NCBI GenBank assembly: GCA_965651545.1
Contig: CBFGSY010000002.1
Coordinates: 1-41,091, forward strand
DNA: 41,091 nt
Direction of reading: 5' to 3'
From: an uncultured bacterium
Lineage (GTDB): Bacteria; Chloroflexota; Limnocylindria; QHBO01
The notes below the pieces were generated by a model. It was not told the origin of the DNA and made no database searches. It saw nothing but the letters and a program-made list of their open reading frames with translations. Shown one piece after another: positions 9,219-16,388 of the stretch; position 1 is the stretch's first letter; every line of letters starts with the position of its first letter. The position numbers and the translations under genes are program-made.

Positions 9219-9974
9219 ATGCAGCTCGAGCCCATTCCCATCGAGTCGGACGCGACCGCCTTCCAGCTGGAGCTGGAGGTGTTCTCCGGCCCGCTCGACC
9301 TGTTGCTGCAGCTGATCGAGTCGCGCCAGCTGGATGTCCTCACGGTGCCACTGGCGGAGATGGCGGACGCCTATGTCGAGCACCTGACCGGCCACGCGGT
9401 CGCGCCCGCCGAGCTGGCGGACTTCGTATCCGTCGCCTCGCAGCTGATCCTGCTGAAGTCGCGCCGGCTGCTGCCGACGGAGCCGATGCTCACCGGGCTG
9501 CCGGCCGAGGCGGAAGCCGATGAGGAGGAGCTTCGGCGACGGCTGGTTGAGTATCGGGCCCTGCGTGATGCCGCTCGCGAGCTGGGGGAGTGGGACCTGG
9601 CACACCCCACCTTTCGGCGTGAGCCCCGCGAGGAGGATCTGCCGGAGGCGCCATCCGACGCCCTGCCGCCGGCGCTCCTGGCCAACGCGCTGCAGCGCCT
9701 GGCCGCGATCCCGGAGCCGGAACCTGCGCCGCCGGAGGTCGTGCCGCGCGAGGTCACCATCGCCATGCAGATTGCCGCCCTGCGCGAGGCAATGGGCAGC
9801 GCCGGGCGGGTCGTGCTGCAACGCATGCTGGCGGTGTGCCGGAGCCGGACCGAGATGACTGTCACGGTGCTCGCCATGCTCGAGCTGGTACGTCGGCGCC
9901 AGGCGACGGTGGAGCAGACGGAGCTGTTCGGCCCGATCGTGCTGCGGGCGGCGCAGCCCGAGGTGGCGTCGTGA
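9219..9974 (+). CDS. scpA: segregation and condensation protein A (kleisin)
   Basis: MQLEPIPIES...FSGPLDLLLQLIESRQLDVLTVPLAEMADAY is the typical ScpA N-terminus. The start is taken at ATG 9219. The upstream 84 codons of the track ORF overlap the HD gene. Confidence 0.9.
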   Translation: MQLEPIPIESDATAFQLELEVFSGPLDLLLQLIESRQLDVLTVPLAEMADAYVEHLTGHAVAPAELADFVSVASQLILLKSRRLLPTEPMLTGLPAEAEADEEELRRRLVEYRALRDAARELGEWDLAHPTFRREPREEDLPEAPSDALPPALLANALQRLAAIPEPEPAPPEVVPREVTIAMQIAALREAMGSAGRVVLQRMLAVCRSRTEMTVTVLAMLELVRRRQATVEQTELFGPIVLRAAQPEVAS

Positions 9975-10561
9975 CCGCGCCGGCCGAACCCGTCGAGCTG
10001 CAGGCCTTCCTCGAGGCGCTGCTGTTCATCGCGGAGCGGCCGCTGACGACTGCAGAGCTTGCCGAGCTGGCCGGCGTGCCTCGCGTGCAGGCCGAGGGTG
10101 CGCTGGCCGCCCTGAGCGAAGAGCAGACCGAGGGCGGTCGCGGCCTGCGCCTGCAGCGCATGGACGAGGAGTGGCAGCTGGTGACCGCCCCCGAGCTCGG
10201 CGCGCGGCTGGCGGAGTACGCGGCGCGCCAGGAGGGCCGCCTCTCGACGGCCGCGCTGGAGGCACTGGCCGTCATTGCGTACCGGCAGCCGTGCACGCGG
10301 GCCGAGGTCGACCGGGTGCGAGGGGTCGACTCGGATTACGTCATCCGCTCGCTCCTGCACCGCCGCCTGATCGCCGAGGTCGGGCGCCGCGACACGCCGG
10401 GGCGGCCGATCCTGCTCGGGACAACGTTCACCTTTCTGGAGCGATTCGGCCTCACCTCGCTCGAGGACCTGCCACCGCTCAGCAGCGACGCGGCCGCATT
10501 GGCCGCACTGAGCGCGGTCGAGCCCGCGGCCGATGTGCCTGCGCCGGCCGATGCCGGCTGA
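9971..10561 (+). CDS. scpB: segregation and condensation protein B
   Basis: GTGA overlap with scpA. Motifs: LEALLFIAERPLTTAELAEL and EALAVIAYRQPCTRAEVDRVRGV. Confidence 0.9.
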   Translation: MTAPAEPVELQAFLEALLFIAERPLTTAELAELAGVPRVQAEGALAALSEEQTEGGRGLRLQRMDEEWQLVTAPELGARLAEYAARQEGRLSTAALEALAVIAYRQPCTRAEVDRVRGVDSDYVIRSLLHRRLIAEVGRRDTPGRPILLGTTFTFLERFGLTSLEDLPPLSSDAAALAALSAVEPAADVPAPADAG

Positions 10562-12035
10562 GCGGCTGCAGAAGATCCTGGCACGCTCCGGCGTCGCCTC
10601 CCGCCGGGGCGCCGAAGCGCTGATCGAGGAGGGCCGGGTCACCGTCAACGGCCGGGTTGCCCGCATCGGCCAATCGGCAGATGCGGAGGCCGATGCCATC
10701 TCCCTGGACGGCCGTCCGATTGGCTTGGCGGAGACCCCCCTCCATTTCGCGGTCCACAAGCCCCGCGGCCTGGTGTCGTCGTCGCAGGACGAACGTGGCC
10801 GGCGCACCGTGGTCCACCTGCTCGACCAGGTTGCGGAGGCGAAGAGGTCGCGGCTATGGCCCGCCGGCCGCCTCGATGTCGAGTCGGAGGGCCTCATGGT
10901 GCTCACCAACGACGGCGACTGGGCGAACAGGCTGCTGCATCCCCGCTACGGGATGGAGCGCGAATACGCCGTGCTGGTCGAGCAGGCGCCCCACCCGGAC
11001 CAGCTGGTCCAGCTGCTGGATGGCGTGCGGCTGGAGGACGGGCCGGCTCGCCTGCTCATGGCGCGACCCGAGGCGCCACCCAGGGAAGTGCCCCGCGAGG
11101 ACGCCGAGACCGGAACGTGGCTGAGGGTCCGGGTCGGCGAGGGGCGCAAGCGCGAGGTGCGCCGGCTCTTCAGCGCCGTCGGCCTGCGGGTGAGGCGCCT
11201 GGTTCGCGTGCGCCTCGGCCCGCTCTCGATCAAGGGCCTGGGCAGCGGCCAGTGGCGGGCGCTCACCGAACGCGAGGTCGCGGCCCTTATCGGTCAGGCC
11301 CCCGGTCCGCCATCGTCGCGGCGAGCCAGCGGGCGGCAGGACGGTGGGGAGCCGACCGGGCGGCTGGCGGTGGCGGTCGATGGGCCGTCAGGTTCCGGGA
11401 AGAGCACGATCGGGCACGCGCTGGCCACGCGATTGGGCGCCACGTTCATCGACACCGGCCTCATGTATCGCGCACTCACGCTGGCCGCGGTCCAGCGCGG
11501 CGTCTCGCCGGATGACGAAGAGGCGCTCGGCATTCTGGCGCGCGAGGTGCGCATCGAGGTCCGGCGGCCGCTTCCCGAGCAGACGGATCGTCGGGAGACC
11601 GTGCTCCTGGACGGGCGGGACGTGACCATTGCCGCCCGCACGCCGCGGGTCGATCGCGCCGTCAGCGCCGTCAGCCGCCACGCGGCGGTGCGAACGGCCA
11701 TGCTCGGCCTGCAGCGGGCGCTCGCTCGCCGCGACGACGTGGTGATGGTCGGTCGCGACATCGGCACAGTGGTGCTGCCGAAGGCCACGCTGAAGGTGTT
11801 CCTCACCGCTACGGCGGCTGTCCGGGCGGCGCGGCGTGCGTCCGAAATGGGGCGACCTGACCGCTTCGAGCGCTACCTGCGCGAGATCGAGAAGCGCGAC
11901 GCAGCCGACTCCGGCCGCGCCGTCGCCCCGCTGCGCAAGGCGCCCGGTGCCCTGGTGATCGACACCGGCGAGCTCGGCGTGGAGGCCAGCGTGGAAGAGA
12001 TCGTCGGGCACCTGCCGGCATCGGTCCAGGCCTGA
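10551..12035 (+). CDS. single-ORF fusion: RsuA/RluB-family pseudouridine synthase (S4 + catalytic domain) joined to cytidylate kinase
   Basis: The N-terminal half has RLQKILARSGVASRRGAEALIEEGRVTVNG and GRLDVESEGLMVLTNDG. After a Pro/Ser/Arg linker (~aa 245-270), the C-terminal half has VAVDGPSGSGKSTIGHALATRLGATFIDTGLMYRA, which is a Cmk P-loop. There is no stop between the two halves in the given sequence. Confidence 0.85.
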   Translation: MPAERLQKILARSGVASRRGAEALIEEGRVTVNGRVARIGQSADAEADAISLDGRPIGLAETPLHFAVHKPRGLVSSSQDERGRRTVVHLLDQVAEAKRSRLWPAGRLDVESEGLMVLTNDGDWANRLLHPRYGMEREYAVLVEQAPHPDQLVQLLDGVRLEDGPARLLMARPEAPPREVPREDAETGTWLRVRVGEGRKREVRRLFSAVGLRVRRLVRVRLGPLSIKGLGSGQWRALTEREVAALIGQAPGPPSSRRASGRQDGGEPTGRLAVAVDGPSGSGKSTIGHALATRLGATFIDTGLMYRALTLAAVQRGVSPDDEEALGILAREVRIEVRRPLPEQTDRRETVLLDGRDVTIAARTPRVDRAVSAVSRHAAVRTAMLGLQRALARRDDVVMVGRDIGTVVLPKATLKVFLTATAAVRAARRASEMGRPDRFERYLREIEKRDAADSGRAVAPLRKAPGALVIDTGELGVEASVEEIVGHLPASVQA

Positions 12036-12700
12036 TGCGCACCTGGTTCTTCCACCCGGGCGCGATCATGACGAGCTGGCTCCTCTGGATCGTGGGCCCC
12101 GGCACGGTGGAGGGGCTGGAGAACGTGCCGAGCAACGGCGGCTTCCTGGTCGTGGCCAACCACTGCTCGAACCTGGATCCGCCGTTCCTGGGCTGGGCGG
12201 TTGGCCACCGGACCGGGCGGATCCTGCACTTCATGGCCAAGGAGGAGATGCGGAGCTGGCCGGTGGTCGGCTTCCTGGCCCGGAACGCTGGTGTCTTCTT
12301 CGTGCGCCGCGGCGAGGGAGATCGCGGTGCACAACGGATTGCGCTGCAGCTGCTGGAGGCCGGACGGCTGGTCGGCGTCTTCCCTGAGGGCACGCGCAGC
12401 CGCGACGGCCAGCTGCGCGAGGGGCGTGCCGGCGCCGCCCTGCTGGCGATGCGCACCGGGGTTCCGTTGCTGCCGGTGGGGATCGCAGGCACGCATCGGA
12501 TCTTCCCGGGTCGGAGCCGGTGGCCGCACCGCTCCCGCGTCACGATCCGGGTTGGTGAGCCCTTCAGCCTGCCGCTGGTGGCCGATGGCCTGGACCGGGA
12601 GGCGTTGCGTCAGGGAACTGCGCGCATGATGCAGGCGATCGCCGAGCTGCTGCCGCCCGAACAGCAGGGCCGATGGGGGAATGCCCCGGCCGCGACCTGA
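12035..12700 (+). CDS. plsC: 1-acyl-sn-glycerol-3-phosphate acyltransferase
   Basis: TGATG overlap with the preceding gene. It has the NHCSNLDP (HX4D) and FPEGTRSRDG motifs. Confidence 0.85.
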   Translation: MRTWFFHPGAIMTSWLLWIVGPGTVEGLENVPSNGGFLVVANHCSNLDPPFLGWAVGHRTGRILHFMAKEEMRSWPVVGFLARNAGVFFVRRGEGDRGAQRIALQLLEAGRLVGVFPEGTRSRDGQLREGRAGAALLAMRTGVPLLPVGIAGTHRIFPGRSRWPHRSRVTIRVGEPFSLPLVADGLDREALRQGTARMMQAIAELLPPEQQGRWGNAPAAT

Positions 12701-12706
12701 TTCGCG

Positions 12707-13228
12707 TTAGGGCGCCGCGCTCTGCAGTGGCTCCGCAGTCTCCTGGTCGGCCGGTCGCGGCAGGTTCGGTGTCAGCGCTGCGACAAGAACGAAACCACAG
12801 ATGAGCAGCGCCATGAGCACCAGACCGATGCACCCGAAGTTCGCCCTGCGAACAGTCTCGGGAGCTCCGGCGCCGGCCCACGGCTCGCCGCTGACCGTCC
12901 ATGCCGGCTGCCCGGAGAAGCCCTCGTATGAAGCCCGCACATCGGGTCGCGGCGGCGGTGCCTCGCTGCGCCAGTGGCTGGCCGAAGGGACGCCGCCATG
13001 CGCCCGATCCCACTCCGCCCGCCGCCGCGGGTCGGCGAGCAGCCGCCACGCCCAATTGAGCTCCTGCATGGCAGTCGCCGTCTGGCCGCCGACATCGGGG
13101 TGGGTCCGCTTGGCCAGCGCGCGGTAGGCGTGCCCTATCTCCTCGCGTGTGGCGCCGCGAGACACGCCCAGGATCGCGTAGGGGTCCCGCCGGCGCTCGG
13201 TCACCGCGCGCCAAGTGTAGGACGCCAA
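12707..13228 (-). CDS. J-domain (DnaJ-like) protein with a C-terminal transmembrane anchor
   Basis: DPYAILGVSRGATREEIGHAYRALAKRTHPD carries an HPD motif. There is a hydrophobic helix IGLVLMALLICGFVLVAAL near the C-terminus. The ORF-limit start is TTG 13228. GTG at 13204 (VTERRRDPYAILGV) is an equally plausible start. Confidence 0.75.
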   Translation of the reverse strand: MASYTWRAVTERRRDPYAILGVSRGATREEIGHAYRALAKRTHPDVGGQTATAMQELNWAWRLLADPRRRAEWDRAHGGVPSASHWRSEAPPPRPDVRASYEGFSGQPAWTVSGEPWAGAGAPETVRRANFGCIGLVLMALLICGFVLVAALTPNLPRPADQETAEPLQSAAP

Positions 13229-13252
13229 TCTGAACTGCCGAGCCGATCTCGA

Positions 13253-13258
13253 TACACT
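13253..13258 (+). promoter_or_regulatory. candidate -10 hexamer TACACT, 7 nt upstream of ATG 13266 (leaderless ispH?)
   Basis: GATACACTcGTGgcgATG read directly. The same TACACT hexamer precedes both cyclase paralogs. Confidence 0.3.
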
Positions 13259-13259
13259 C

Positions 13260-14150
13260 GTGGCGATGACGACGGCAACACGACCCGACGTGCGGATCGC
13301 AGAGCGAGCCGGCTTCTGCTATGGCGTGCGCCTGGCGATCGACAAGGCCAAGCACGCGCGTGAGCAGGGTCAGGAAGTGACCACGCTGGGGCAGCTCGTG
13401 CACAACCCCGGCATCAAGACCGACCTGTCCGACCGCGGCATCCGCACGGCCGACCTGGCCGACCAGGTCGAGGGCGGCACGCTCGTCATTCGCGCCCACG
13501 GCGTTCCGGCCACCGAGATGGAGAAGCTGCGAGCGAAGGCCGCCGACGGCGGCGAGCTCGAAGTCATCGACGCCACCTGCACCTGGGTGCTGCAGTCCCA
13601 GAAGGCCGCGCGCGAGCTGGCCGAGGCGGGTTACACCGTGTGCATCATCGGGCACGAGGACCATCCGGAGGTCAAGGGCGTCCGCTCGTACGCCGGCGAG
13701 AAGCACGTCGTGGTGGACGACATGGATCGGTCCACCTGGGAGCGCGTGCCGAACACGAAGAAGCTGGGCGTCCTCTCGCAGTCGACGATCCTGCCTCACA
13801 AGCTGGAGGAGTTCGCCGCCTTCTGCCTGCGCCGATGCCACGACCTGCGCGTGGTCAACACCGTCTGCCCGGTGACTTTGACGCGCCAGGCTGACTCCGT
13901 CGTTCTGGCGGCCGATGTCGACGCCATGATCGTGGTCGGCGGGAAGAACTCGTCGAACACCAAGGAGCTGGCGGTCAAGTGCGCGGAGGTCTGCGCGGAC
14001 ACCATCCACGTGGCCGACGCAGAGGAGCTGGCTGCTGACTACCGCTCATGGCTGGCCGGCAAAGCGCGGATAGGGATCACCGGCGGCACCTCGACTCCTG
14101 AGGTGGACCTCGAAGAGGTCCGCGACCGCATCTACGCCCTGGTCGCCTAG
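13260..14150 (+). CDS. ispH: 4-hydroxy-3-methylbut-2-enyl diphosphate reductase
   Basis: Motifs: GFCYGVRLAI, LVHNP, VIRAHGV, DATC, GHEDHPEV, SQST, NTVCPVT, VVGGKNSSNT. The start is GTG 13260 or, more likely, ATG 13266. Confidence 0.92.
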   Translation: MAMTTATRPDVRIAERAGFCYGVRLAIDKAKHAREQGQEVTTLGQLVHNPGIKTDLSDRGIRTADLADQVEGGTLVIRAHGVPATEMEKLRAKAADGGELEVIDATCTWVLQSQKAARELAEAGYTVCIIGHEDHPEVKGVRSYAGEKHVVVDDMDRSTWERVPNTKKLGVLSQSTILPHKLEEFAAFCLRRCHDLRVVNTVCPVTLTRQADSVVLAADVDAMIVVGGKNSSNTKELAVKCAEVCADTIHVADAEELAADYRSWLAGKARIGITGGTSTPEVDLEEVRDRIYALVA

Positions 14151-14187
14151 CGGTCTGTCGCGGCCCGTGGCCGTCGCCGCCGCCCCG

Positions 14188-14262
14188 TATGACTGCCCCG
14201 TCGTAAGACTGACAGGGCGCCCCGATCCTCACGCGCGCCCCGTGACGCCCAGTCATCGGCTG
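14188..14262. repeat. left copy of an imperfect ~75-bp direct repeat (weaker similarity continues to ~14287)
   Basis: By hand alignment, 51/75 positions are identical and ungapped to 15076-15150, including an exact 15-mer TATGACTGCCCCGTC. It contains two pseudo-palindromes, ATGACTGCCCCGTCGT and GTGACGCCCAGTCAT. Confidence 0.8.
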
Positions 14263-14281
14263 TTCATGCAGGTTGAAGGCT

Positions 14282-14986
14282 TTAGTCGTTCTTACGACCA
14301 GAGGTCATCGGCACGCGGCTCAGAAACAGAAGGCCGTCAGCTCCGAGCTTCTGGCCGGTGCGTATAGCACGCCAGACCCGCGGCGAGCTGGCCGGCAGCG
14401 CGGCACGCAGAATCGGAGCGATGTCGGCGACAGCTGCCCGATTGCGGCGAGTACCAGGAACCGCCATGACAAGGCGTACCGGCCGATCAAGTGTCTCGGC
14501 CAGCGTCGAGCGCTTTCGTTGAGCCGCTCGCAGTTGCGCCTGGATATCAACCAGCGTGCGCTCCACCTCGATATGGAGCACTTCGTCACGTCCGATCAGC
14601 AGAAGGTCGGCCGCTCGCGGATCACCGGGAGCGACGGGAACCTCCAGGCGCCGATGCCACGAGGCGTGGGCCTCTTCGAGGAGGCTCCGGATCTCCCGTA
14701 GCTGGCCGGAGTCCCGGAGACTGACGGATCGGACTGGATAGAGCTTTAGGGACAGATCGTGACCAGTGGAGTCGGCGAGCGCGCACGCAACCGACCAGTT
14801 CACGCGACGGCGGCCTCGTTCCAGCAGGCTGACAAAGGACTGGCTCACGCCCGCGAGCTCGCCAAGCCGCGCCTGGCTCAGACCAGCGGCGAGCCGTGCG
14901 ACTCGCAGCTCACGACCGAATCGTTGCAGGAGGGATCGGGCCCGATCGTTGCCCTGACGGCCGTGCCGAGTTGGTCGCGACGTCAC
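14282..14986 (-). CDS. XRE-family helix-turn-helix protein with an uncharacterised C-terminal domain (possible PD-(D/E)xK-like fold)
   Basis: LRVARLAAGLSQARLGELAGVSQSFVSLLERGRR is a canonical XRE HTH. The C-terminal ~150 aa contain AADLLLIGRDEVLHIEVER. The start is GTG 14986. The region looks less GC-rich than its surroundings. Confidence 0.8.
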   Translation of the reverse strand: MTSRPTRHGRQGNDRARSLLQRFGRELRVARLAAGLSQARLGELAGVSQSFVSLLERGRRRVNWSVACALADSTGHDLSLKLYPVRSVSLRDSGQLREIRSLLEEAHASWHRRLEVPVAPGDPRAADLLLIGRDEVLHIEVERTLVDIQAQLRAAQRKRSTLAETLDRPVRLVMAVPGTRRNRAAVADIAPILRAALPASSPRVWRAIRTGQKLGADGLLFLSRVPMTSGRKND

Positions 14987-15075
14987 GCCGTCCCATGATG
15001 AGACCCGGCGTTTACCAATCCGTTATCCGTCGGTTATCGCGGCCTCACTGCGCCGAGCCACGGGCGGCGGCCGGA

Positions 15076-15093
15076 TATGACTGCCCCGTCATA
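15076..15093. promoter_or_regulatory. perfect 6-6-6 palindrome TATGAC-TGCCCC-GTCATA (candidate operator or recombinase core site)
   Basis: Read directly. It lies ~90 bp upstream of the XRE gene start. A second half-site pair, ATGAC-N5-GTCAT, is at 15130-15144. Confidence 0.4.
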
Positions 15094-15150
15094 GGTGCGA
15101 CGAAGTGCTCAATTCTTCAAGCTCGCCCTATGACCGGCCGTCATTGGGTG
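15076..15150. repeat. right copy of the ~75-bp direct repeat (similarity continues to ~15175)
   Basis: It lies at the same 888-bp offset as the left copy. It contains TATGACTGCCCCGTCATA and TATGACCGGCCGTCAT. Confidence 0.8.
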
Positions 15151-15263
15151 GCCGAGCGATTTGAGGGTCTAGGTCACCCTTACGACAACCGAGTCATCAG
15201 CTTCTGGGCAGAGGTACCGGGAGCCTACGGGCGCGAGTCCCCGCCGAGGCTCCCACCCGCCCC

Positions 15264-16388
15264 CTACGGGCGCCAGGCGGGCATCATGCCCGATGTCTCC
15301 CACAGCAGCGCGCCGGTCTGCGCATCCAGTACCTGTACCAGCGGCTGCGGATAGGTCAGCTCGATCGCCAGTCGCGACCCATCGGGTGACCAGCTTGGCG
15401 CCGAACCGGGGATGCCCGACCACAGTGGCTGCCCGCTCCGATCCATCACCGTGATGAGGGAGCGACCGTCCTGATCGTGACCGGACAGGAAAGCGATGCG
15501 CGTTCCATCGGGCGACCAGACCGGCAGTGCCCCTTCCGCGATCTCCTGGCGGTTCGAACCGTCTGCATCTGCGAGCAGCATCAACCCTTCGTCCTCTATC
15601 AGCACGGCGCTGCCGTCGGGAGCCCAGTGCGCGTTGTCGGCGATGGCGAACTCACGAGGCTCGCGATCGGCGAGTTCCATCACGAACACCACCTGCGTCA
15701 GCGCGGCGGGATCGCCCGGCACGCGGCCCTCGACCCCATGCACGTAGACGATGCGCTTGCCGTCGGGCTGCCATCGCGGCGACGCACCGGTGCCGATACG
15801 CACCACTTCCCCACGGGCCAGGTCGGCGAGCCAGAGGCGGCGGTCGCCTGGGGGAGTCGCATCCCCGTACAGCAGCTGCGTCCCGTCGCTCGACCACGAC
15901 GGCGTGCTGAATTCCTCGGCGTCCAGCTCGGCGATCAGGCGCGGTTGCCGACCGTTCGCGTTGATCACCAGCACGGCGGGGAATGCTCCGCTGCCGAGCG
16001 CCGACGGGCCGTAGGCAATCCGCCGTCCGTCGGGCGACCAGACCGGGCGTGCCGCGCCCATGGCCGAAATGTCTCCGTCGACCAGCCCGGTGACCTGCCT
16101 GAGCTGGCCGTCCGCCTCCACGACGAAGATCTCGCTCACCGGGCTGCCGGCCTCCGGAAACTGCACCAGGGCCAGTCCGGCGGCGACATGGTTGCCGGCC
16201 GGATCGGTCGGCACTGTCGATGGGGATGGCGCATCGCTCTGCGACGGGAGCGGGGAACCGGTGGCCGAGGGCGCCGCGCTGTCGCCTGCGGTCCCTGGCG
16301 CGCAGGCAGCGAGAACGGTCAAGAGCACGGCGGCGGTGATCAGGCCGCGGATGCGGGGTACGCGGGGCTGCACCTGTCTCCTCTTCAC
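15264..16388 (-). CDS. TolB-like PD40/WD40 beta-propeller lipoprotein
   Basis: Signal peptide with lipobox LTVLAAC. It has six or more PD40 repeats (WSPDGRRIAY, WSSDGTQLLY, WQPDGKRIVY, WAPDGSAVL, WSPDGTRIAF, WSPDGSRLA). The GTG start overlaps the GT4 stop (GTGA). Confidence 0.85.
   Translation of the reverse strand: MKRRQVQPRVPRIRGLITAAVLLTVLAACAPGTAGDSAAPSATGSPLPSQSDAPSPSTVPTDPAGNHVAAGLALVQFPEAGSPVSEIFVVEADGQLRQVTGLVDGDISAMGAARPVWSPDGRRIAYGPSALGSGAFPAVLVINANGRQPRLIAELDAEEFSTPSWSSDGTQLLYGDATPPGDRRLWLADLARGEVVRIGTGASPRWQPDGKRIVYVHGVEGRVPGDPAALTQVVFVMELADREPREFAIADNAHWAPDGSAVLIEDEGLMLLADADGSNRQEIAEGALPVWSPDGTRIAFLSGHDQDGRSLITVMDRSGQPLWSGIPGSAPSWSPDGSRLAIELTYPQPLVQVLDAQTGALLWETSGMMPAWRP

Noticed and set aside
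12701-12706. Searched for integrase, transposase, IS inverted repeats or phage genes anywhere in the window, especially around 14-15 kb and 28.8-31 kb.
   Set aside because: No ORF with recombinase/DDE/HNH-type motifs was found other than the chromosomal xerD. The mobile-element interpretations therefore rest on repeats only.
14167-14367. Plus-strand small ORFs sharing a YDCPV peptide (14167-14367, and inside 14896-15354), considered as duplicated micro-genes.
   Set aside because: The shared peptide is just the translation of the 15-bp exact repeat core TATGACTGCCCCGTC. The ORFs run antisense into neighbouring genes and have no other coding features.
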